A stretch of 64,000 bases of DNA, from IMG/VR virus record IMGVR_UViG_3300037493_005685, positions 31,499-95,498 of that record; one strand, 5' to 3'. Below the pieces are notes generated by a model. That model was given only the letters and a program-made list of their open reading frames with translations, searched no databases and had not been told where the DNA came from. The stretch comes from a virus. The position numbers and the translations under genes are program-made. This document shows positions 54,864-61,403 of this stretch, piece after piece. The first letter of the stretch is position 1; every line of letters starts with the position of its first letter.

Positions 54864-55804
54864 TACGGCGTAACCCACCAGCATGGCTCACGCCACGGCT
54901 CTACGTTTATCTCGTACTCAACCGACCCAGGAGTGAGCTCACTAACTACGAGCTCTTGGTGAACGTCCGTGTCCTGAATAGTTGTCGGAAGAACACTCTT
55001 CACAATAAACCGTTTTCCACTGCGAAGAAAAACGACGATGTCGTCTACGTCCATGTGAGGGACGTTAGCCATAATAATTTGTCGCTGACGAATGTCTGTT
55101 TGACCTTCTAGACGCGTACTGACATTCGTTGCATTGGATGAGATCGTACAGTACCCATACACAGGGTTCATGTATCCCCCTGTGATAGTGGTTCCGTAAC
55201 AAGTTGGGCACGTAGTCCTAGTGCTCTTGTTGGACACAGATACGCACAGAGGACAGCGAACGCCCCAGGTCTTCTTCTTAAGAATGGCGGTCTCAGTGCC
55301 TATCCGCTTCAAAGCTATCAGGGCATCTCGGATAAGCTTCCTGGAGATGCCGGTACGCCTGTTATCCAACCACGGGTCAAGATGCTCCATAGCTGTTGCC
55401 AGCAATATTGGAGGGTCAGGCGGCGTAGGAGGAATCGTTACCGGCGGAGGTGGTGCCTCTATGAGAGCTTCAATTTTGTAGTTCAACGACACGTGCATGT
55501 TTAGTAACGTGCCCTGCGTGTTGTCTACTGTCGCTCCCCAGCTCTCATCTACGTAGTGGTAGACGTTATCCAATCCTGTAGCCAAGGTAGTCCAGGGGCC
55601 AGTTGGACTCTCTGACTTGTAGATGTTGAACAAGTAGTCCGGTGTACCCTGAGGTACATTGCGCAGTACCCACTGGATGAACACGCGTCTCGGCCAGATA
55701 GGATAGACGCGCGTGACCTCAATCTTAAGGTCGTTCGACGTCCTCATAGGAGGACGCTGAACTCCTTGTCGTTCTGAAAGAGGTACCGTGTTGTTGCTTG
55801 TCAT
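54863..55804 (-). CDS. putative neck/head-closure protein with FN3-like N-terminus and Zn finger
   Basis: ILKKKTWGVRCPLC...CPTCYGT..TGGY; position in head-tail cluster. Confidence 0.65.
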   Translation of the reverse strand: MTSNNTVPLSERQGVQRPPMRTSNDLKIEVTRVYPIWPRRVFIQWVLRNVPQGTPDYLFNIYKSESPTGPWTTLATGLDNVYHYVDESWGATVDNTQGTLLNMHVSLNYKIEALIEAPPPPVTIPPTPPDPPILLATAMEHLDPWLDNRRTGISRKLIRDALIALKRIGTETAILKKKTWGVRCPLCVSVSNKSTRTTCPTCYGTTITGGYMNPVYGYCTISSNATNVSTRLEGQTDIRQRQIIMANVPHMDVDDIVVFLRSGKRFIVKSVLPTTIQDTDVHQELVVSELTPGSVEYEINVEPWREPCWWVTP

Positions 55805-56268
55805 ATGGTGTAGCGCCCAATGTAGCGATAGCCAGACGAAATCTTACCGTACATTGACTCCATGTTTTGCTGCGTCTTGATGTTGCGCGCATGGAAGTCA
55901 AATTCTTGCTGCATACGGTCGGCCCAGTTCGCATACTGGGCTTGCTTCTCGTCGAGATTAACCGGCGCAATGTTCCCGTCTTGTGCACGGAGCTCGTTGC
56001 GATTTTGGCGGATACCTTCTGAGCGCAACAAGATGGCACACACTCCACAGAGGAGCATGTACTCGTTAAGAGAGGATGATGGGTCCACAGAGACAGGTGT
56101 TAACGCGTTGTACTTAGACGTAGCAAAACGTACCGCCCGTTGAATGTCGTCGTCAGAGAACTCAACTCCGTCAGGAAGAAGGATGTTGTGTTGCGGGGTA
56201 TCCCGCAAGAACCAACGGATATCTTCAGTGGAAAGCGGGAGTCTATTTGCCTGTACGACAACAGTCAT
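55801..56268 (-). CDS. putative head-tail adaptor
   Basis: IRWFLRDTPQHNILL..VEFSDDDI; helical; position. Confidence 0.6.
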   Translation of the reverse strand: MTVVVQANRLPLSTEDIRWFLRDTPQHNILLPDGVEFSDDDIQRAVRFATSKYNALTPVSVDPSSSLNEYMLLCGVCAILLRSEGIRQNRNELRAQDGNIAPVNLDEKQAQYANWADRMQQEFDFHARNIKTQQNMESMYGKISSGYRYIGRYTI

Positions 56269-56277
56269 AGTAACCTC

Positions 56278-56754
56278 TCAGACGAAAGAGCTAGCGGCAG
56301 CCCTGGTAAGAATCAGCGTGATGGCCCCAGCGGCGCTAGTGACGATTTTCAACTGCTGGAAAGGCATGACGATAAGGGGCGTCGAGAGACACTTTCGGGT
56401 AAGGTTTCCCGCCTCAGTAGTCAGAACAGCAACATCCCTAGTCCCGTCTGTAGCAGTCATGTCATGGAGCGTAATCGTGTACGTTCCACCAGAACCCACA
56501 GCAGCTTGAATCTCTCGGACAATAACCGGGTCCGTGTCCGACAATTGAATCAGCCCGCCGTCCGTAAGAACTTCTTCAGTGGTGGGAGTAGCTGCGAGAG
56601 CGTAGCCCTGAAGACCACCAAAGTAGTACGTGGGGTAGCAGAGAGTCGGGGTAGCGATAACAGTCTTAGTCGCGGCAACGCCTGTCATAGCGCCCACGCT
56701 GCGCATACGAAGAGCAGTGGGAACCGGGCCTGTACAGATAGTATTGATACTCAT
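56278..56754 (-). CDS. putative virion structural protein
   Basis: 158 aa, beta-rich, Thr-rich. Confidence 0.6.
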   Translation of the reverse strand: MSINTICTGPVPTALRMRSVGAMTGVAATKTVIATPTLCYPTYYFGGLQGYALAATPTTEEVLTDGGLIQLSDTDPVIVREIQAAVGSGGTYTITLHDMTATDGTRDVAVLTTEAGNLTRKCLSTPLIVMPFQQLKIVTSAAGAITLILTRAAASSFV

Positions 56755-57479
56755 TGGTGCACCTTTGTGAGAGACTTTATCTCGTCTTTTATGCCAGCGA
56801 TTTCATCTGCAGGAACTTTAGACCATGAGCCATATTGCTTAATGAGCTGTTGTTTACGCTCTTGATAATAGGCGTCAGGCGAGGGTTGGTCTAACTTCTG
56901 TCCTTGGGACATGCTAGACACTGCGGACAAAATTCTAAACTCAATCTGGCCGAAGCGCGCATCTAGTTCTTTTTGCTGGGTCAGCGCATTCTCAAGAGAC
57001 GCTTCCTTATGTGTCTGTATTTCTACGCGGACACTTCTAACATCAGAGGACAGCTCCTTAACGGCACTACTCGTGTCCGACACTGTCTCGGTTAACGTGT
57101 AGTACTGCCAAAGCCACCCACCTATGACCATCAAGCCACTGAGGGCACCTATGGCCACTGTGTTACGGAAAAAATTCCGCCAACCGTCAATTGAACGTTT
57201 CATGTCCTCGAACTCCTCGTGACGGCTACAGCCCTTTAGGCTGTCTACCTTGTCCTCGATGATTCGAAATTTTGCTGTGTTCGACGCTTCACGTTCTTCG
57301 AAAATGGCATGGTCGAGTTTCTTCTCTTCTATCTTTCGAAGGTCCTCACGCAGCCATTCACTCCTTGACACATTTGCAGGGTAAGTCCCTGAATCAAGCA
57401 ACTGTTGTGGTTTATGCGTCACCCCGTAAGGTGGCATCAAAGAGTCAATTACTTTAGGCTGACTCGCGTCCTTAGGCAT
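56751..57479 (-). CDS. single-TM coiled-coil protein (holin-like architecture)
   Basis: Central TM VAIGALSGLMVIGGWLW. Confidence 0.6.
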   Translation of the reverse strand: MPKDASQPKVIDSLMPPYGVTHKPQQLLDSGTYPANVSRSEWLREDLRKIEEKKLDHAIFEEREASNTAKFRIIEDKVDSLKGCSRHEEFEDMKRSIDGWRNFFRNTVAIGALSGLMVIGGWLWQYYTLTETVSDTSSAVKELSSDVRSVRVEIQTHKEASLENALTQQKELDARFGQIEFRILSAVSSMSQGQKLDQPSPDAYYQERKQQLIKQYGSWSKVPADEIAGIKDEIKSLTKVHQ

Positions 57480-57493
57480 CCCTCACCTCTTAT

Positions 57494-57763
57494 TTACGTC
57501 GTAACTTCAACCGTCGTAGGTCCGTACTCCGAGATTTTCTCAAAATGAATAACGTAGGTAGATGCCTCATCAAGGTCGATGGGTTCATTCCAACGTCCGT
57601 TTACATCTGTGTCGGTCTGCCCCACCCAAGTATCCACAATACCTGCCGCATAATTAGCGAGAGTGAACACGGTGATAACTACGCCTTCAACCGGCTCATT
57701 TGCGATATCCAACACCTGGAGGTCATCGGTGTCCGGATAATTATGGTTCACCATCACAGCCAT
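57494..57763 (-). CDS. small Ig/prealbumin-like structural protein
   Basis: PVEGVVITVF...TDVNGRW...L..ASTY.I.F.K. Confidence 0.6.
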   Translation of the reverse strand: MAVMVNHNYPDTDDLQVLDIANEPVEGVVITVFTLANYAAGIVDTWVGQTDTDVNGRWNEPIDLDEASTYVIHFEKISEYGPTTVEVTT

Positions 57764-57830
57764 GAGAAACGTCCTTCCTCACGAGAACAATCCAACTACT
57801 TAAATAGTAGGCTAGTTGGGTAAGGCGAGA

Positions 57831-58226
57831 TTAACGGCGGCCCTTGCGGGGCTTGAAGACATTCGACGAAGAGGGGGGCGGGGTAACTGAAGGGGCTGAG
57901 ACAGTCACAGGAGTCGGCTCGTCATCGTACACCTCTTCACTGTTGACCAGCTCTTCCCCTGCATCAATCATCGGCTCTTCCATGATAACCACTGGAGGAG
58001 CGGCAGGCGCAGGCTGAACGGGCTTAGGCGCTACCTGGATTTCTTGGCCGGTTACGATAATCACTTTGGTGCCGATCATCGCACGTAAAGAAGGCTGGGT
58101 AGCCACGGACGGGTACACGTCCTTCTCTTCACCGGCTTCAAGAGTAAGCGGCATGTCGCCCGCCTCACGAACAGCAGAAAACACCAGCTTACTCTGACTG
58201 ATGTTTTTGATTCTTACGAGTGACAT
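57831..58226 (-). CDS. hypothetical protein downstream of capsid gene
   Basis: AAGGAG SD; Pro-rich, basic tail. Confidence 0.65.
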   Translation of the reverse strand: MSLVRIKNISQSKLVFSAVREAGDMPLTLEAGEEKDVYPSVATQPSLRAMIGTKVIIVTGQEIQVAPKPVQPAPAAPPVVIMEEPMIDAGEELVNSEEVYDDEPTPVTVSAPSVTPPPSSSNVFKPRKGRR

Positions 58227-58318
58227 CTGCAGCTCCTTTAGGGGGAAGAGAGAAAGCCTACCGAATAGGGGAGCAAAAGAGAGAGACTACTCGGCAGGCT
58301 TCTCAGGTCCTCAGTTCA

Positions 58319-59239
58319 TCACGGGAAGATGATCTGCTGGATGGACAGCGAGTTGCCGATGCCCAGACCCAGGGCTTCATACGTCCAGAACATGATGACG
58401 TCTGCCTTCTGCTCGATGTACAGAGTCGCATCTTGCAGCAGGTAGAAGTTGCCGAGGAAGTTGTTCGGGCTCTGGGGCGCGAAGATGAACGCGTGGTTGA
58501 TCGGATAGACCTGGGGTTTCACAGTCGTCACGACCGGGAGGCCCCACAGCTTCTGCGAGGATTCGATACCCTCGTCGAAGTGGCGCTTGGCGATCTCATG
58601 ACCAACGGACGTCGCCGGGAGGTCCAGGGCGTCAAGATACTTGGCCTTCGCCATGAGCATCTTGCCGACCGGCCTACGACGCTCGAGCAGGGCGCGCATG
58701 CCCAGCTTGAAGGTGCCGCTCTGGAAGCCGCCGTTAGTCTGCTGAACGCTCGGGTTCGCAGTCGTGATGGCGAGGATGGTCTCGTAGAATTTGCGGTCTT
58801 CTTCGTCCGCCATGTCCTTCACGGAGTTGTCCGACAGAATCTGCCGGATGTCGCTCGTGTAGGTCATGAGCTCGAACTTCGACTTCGTGAACCGCTGGCT
58901 CTCGATTTTGCCGAACTTCACGGCATAGCGCTTGCCACGGAACCACGTGCGCTGACCGGTGCCCTGGAAGTTCACGAAGGTCGCCACCGAGTCGGGCTCC
59001 TTGTCGATGATCTTCACCGGCTGGTCGCTGTCGAGCGTGCGGTCGATCTGGTCTTCGGTGATGCCCTGAGGAACGATGATCTCACGGACAGCCGCTTCCT
59101 GGCGGAGTTTCTCGCGGATAAACGCGGAACCTTCGACCTGGGCTTCCTTTGACATCCCGTTCTCGATTTTGCGGATGAAGTTGCTATTGAGGAACTGCGC
59201 AGTGATTTGCGGGTTCTCAATCTGGTAGGTGCTGCTCAT
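58319..59239 (-). CDS. major capsid protein (HK97-fold, putative)
   Basis: 306 aa, strong codon bias, position after protease/scaffold/decoration genes. Confidence 0.8.
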   Translation of the reverse strand: MSSTYQIENPQITAQFLNSNFIRKIENGMSKEAQVEGSAFIREKLRQEAAVREIIVPQGITEDQIDRTLDSDQPVKIIDKEPDSVATFVNFQGTGQRTWFRGKRYAVKFGKIESQRFTKSKFELMTYTSDIRQILSDNSVKDMADEEDRKFYETILAITTANPSVQQTNGGFQSGTFKLGMRALLERRRPVGKMLMAKAKYLDALDLPATSVGHEIAKRHFDEGIESSQKLWGLPVVTTVKPQVYPINHAFIFAPQSPNNFLGNFYLLQDATLYIEQKADVIMFWTYEALGLGIGNSLSIQQIIFP

Positions 59240-59279
59240 CGTATTTCCTCTTTCCTAGTGAAAAGGTTACTTACCCGGT

Positions 59280-59789
59280 TTACGGGTGGCCCATAGAGAT
59301 GCCCTGCGGAATGATGACGTCCAACACGAGGTTGGTGGCATCGAGACCGTTGGGACCAACAACTCCGTAACAGGATTCGCCCTGAGCCGCAGCGCGGAAG
59401 GAGCCGCCCGTGGTGTTATCACAGGTGAGGATGTCACCGATGGTGTACGACGTGGAGACGTAGTACGGGGCTTTGATACGAACGCCGCCCTGGATGAACG
59501 TGCACTTGCCGGTGAGGCTACCGTCGTAGTCGGCGTTGCCGTCCACGGCGATGAACATCAGGCAAGGAGCATTCGTGAGGGAGTCGTCGTTGTCGGCGAC
59601 GATGGCTTTGCCCGTGTGAGCAGCGTCCATCACGCAAATCATGCCCGCCTGGATGGAGCCAGCACGCGGCGTACCCTCGGAATCCGGACCCAGAGCGCCG
59701 TAGACATCGAGGGTCAGGCCCAGCGAAGCCAGCGCCGCAGGATGCGGGTCACAAGTGACGATGTCGAATTTCGAAGCAAGAAGAGTCAT
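59280..59789 (-). CDS. head decoration/capsid cement protein (putative)
   Basis: 169 aa just upstream of capsid gene; YTIGDILT beta-tulip-like motif. Confidence 0.7.
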   Translation of the reverse strand: MTLLASKFDIVTCDPHPAALASLGLTLDVYGALGPDSEGTPRAGSIQAGMICVMDAAHTGKAIVADNDDSLTNAPCLMFIAVDGNADYDGSLTGKCTFIQGGVRIKAPYYVSTSYTIGDILTCDNTTGGSFRAAAQGESCYGVVGPNGLDATNLVLDVIIPQGISMGHP

Positions 59790-59824
59790 CGTTTTGTCCT
59801 TTCAACCTACCTGCCCGCTTTGGG

Positions 59825-60160
59825 TCAGGACATTAGCCAGTTTGTGAACCGTTCGTCAGCTCTGCCCTCATTGGACGAAGCCGTCTTCACGGTGTCATTT
59901 CCTGCGGGGCCACCCATGTTATCCACACGAGTTGAACCGGCAATCTTTTCGATCAGGCTCGCAACCTCGGGGCCAGCAGACGCGAGTTTATGAAGAACAG
60001 ACGCGTCAATGTTCTCCCCCAAGAAGGACGACAGCTTCTCTTGAAGATGTGCTGCGTCCTTTTCGTGAGCTTCTTTGACCCGGCTCTCTTGCTCACGGCT
60101 GACCTCGTCGAAGTACGACGCCGCCTTTTCGAGAACATCTGCTACGAGGTGCTTATCCAT
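59825..60160 (-). CDS. small scaffold-like protein rich in KxA/KxS
   Basis: EKAA, EKLS, HKLA, EKIA, VKTA. Confidence 0.7.
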   Translation of the reverse strand: MDKHLVADVLEKAASYFDEVSREQESRVKEAHEKDAAHLQEKLSSFLGENIDASVLHKLASAGPEVASLIEKIAGSTRVDNMGGPAGNDTVKTASSNEGRADERFTNWLMS

Positions 60161-60171
60161 ATTTCAGTCCT

Positions 60172-60345
60172 TTACTCTCCAACCGTCTCACTGGAAAGTA
60201 TACGCTTGAGTTCGGAAAGTCCGCGAGCAGCAACTAAAATTTTTGCGATTTTTTCTGTCTTCGCTTTTTCAGTTGTCGCTGCTCTGCCGCGTAAATCAGC
60301 GGCCACTTTCCGGAGCTCATCTGCAAGCTGCTTCGGGTTCATCAT
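60172..60345 (-). CDS. 57-aa scaffold-like protein (MMNPKQLADELRKVAADL...)
   Basis: Below ORF cutoff; fills the gap; RKVA, EKIA. Confidence 0.6.
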   Translation of the reverse strand: MMNPKQLADELRKVAADLRGRAATTEKAKTEKIAKILVAARGLSELKRILSSETVGE

Positions 60346-60347
60346 TG

Positions 60348-60575
60348 TTAACCCCTTCCGAAGCGGCTCGTGAAGTCGAGCACGTCATCGAGAGTTACAC
60401 GCTCATCGTCCGAGTTACGGAGCTCCTCAGCTAATTTGCGAAGGAGACGACCGGTGTCGGTCATTGAGCTCTCGACAGCTGCGCGCTTCTCCATCGCAAC
60501 CTTCTGCTGTTCAGCAGAAGCTTGACGGTGGATGTTCGCTACCAGCGTGTCAATGTTTGGTAGACTTGGCCGCAT
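60348..60575 (-). CDS. small scaffold-like protein
   Basis: QKVAMEKRA, RKLA. Confidence 0.65.
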   Translation of the reverse strand: MRPSLPNIDTLVANIHRQASAEQQKVAMEKRAAVESSMTDTGRLLRKLAEELRNSDDERVTLDDVLDFTSRFGRG

Positions 60576-60714
60576 CTTTGTCGTCCTTCTTCATCGGCTT
60601 CTCACAACATCTGAACTCTTCGGGTTTCTTTACGCCGTAAGAGCTACTCAGTGTGCTAGCCGCTTGCTTGAAGAGCATCTCGTATTCTGTCCGCGTATTG
60701 GCGTCAAAGAACAT
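60550..60714 (-). CDS. small protein with KQA motif
   Basis: GAGGAAGG SD before MFFDAN; LFKQAA. Confidence 0.5.
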   Translation of the reverse strand: MFFDANTRTEYEMLFKQAASTLSSSYGVKKPEEFRCCEKPMKKDDKDAAKSTKH

Positions 60715-60733
60715 TGTCACACCTTCCTCGACG

Positions 60734-61336
60734 TTACTGCGCGTTGTTTTGAGAGATGAGGACTTCCACTTCCTGGGCACCCTTCATGAACTCTTGGGCG
60801 GCGGCGTTACGAACGTCTTCGAGAGCGGACGCCTGACCGGCGTTGTATTGCTCGGCAGCGACCTTCTGCATCGTGTCGGCATAGCCCTGCTCGGCAGCGA
60901 CCTTCTGCATCACATCGATGTAGCCCTGCTCGGCAGCGACCTTCTGCATCGTATCGATGTAGCCTTGCTCTGCGGCTTGCTTCTGCATCAGGTCCTCGTT
61001 GCTGGTATTCTGCTGCGACGCAACCTTCTGGTTCTGTGAAGCCCAAGCTTCGCCAGCGGCGTCAGCAAACGCGCGGCCACAGTTACGAGCATGGATGACT
61101 TCGGCTGTCTTCTCGTCTTCAGCCAGTCTCTGGGCTTCTTTGATGAGGGCTTCGACCGGGTCCGCCCCGTGAACGGAAGCGGTCTTCTCGTTCTGGACAG
61201 CCTGCTTCAGAGTGGCTTCAAGGGACTCCTTAGCGGTCTCGGCAGCGGACTTAACCGGAGCCTGGTTAGTGTTGTCACTGGCGGTCTTCTCCGAATCAGA
61301 GGAGATGATACCTTGGAGCAATTGGCTGTAATTCAT
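60734..61336 (-). CDS. scaffolding protein (putative)
   Basis: 200 aa, Ala/Glu/Gln helical; EKTA x3; 13-aa repeats; follows protease. Confidence 0.75.
   Translation of the reverse strand: MNYSQLLQGIISSDSEKTASDNTNQAPVKSAAETAKESLEATLKQAVQNEKTASVHGADPVEALIKEAQRLAEDEKTAEVIHARNCGRAFADAAGEAWASQNQKVASQQNTSNEDLMQKQAAEQGYIDTMQKVAAEQGYIDVMQKVAAEQGYADTMQKVAAEQYNAGQASALEDVRNAAAQEFMKGAQEVEVLISQNNAQ
60849..60988 (-). repeat. 39-nt coding tandem repeat (MQKVAAEQGYxDx), about 3.5 copies
   Basis: Direct repeats visible in DNA and protein. Confidence 0.9.
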
Positions 61337-61403
61337 GATTACCTCTTGTGTGTTTCTGATGCCAAACCAATATTAGGTCGGCATTCGGTTACTATCAAGG
61401 AGC

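Noticed and set aside
48636-55804. Sheath/tube/spike as an extracellular contractile injection system or T6SS
   Set aside because: Contiguous with neck, capsid, scaffold and protease genes, so it is a phage tail
50302-59993. Long plus-strand ORFs (50302-51012, 52556-53938, 58220-59152, 59286-59993)
   Set aside because: Antisense shadows of codon-biased structural genes, with no SD or protein-like motifs
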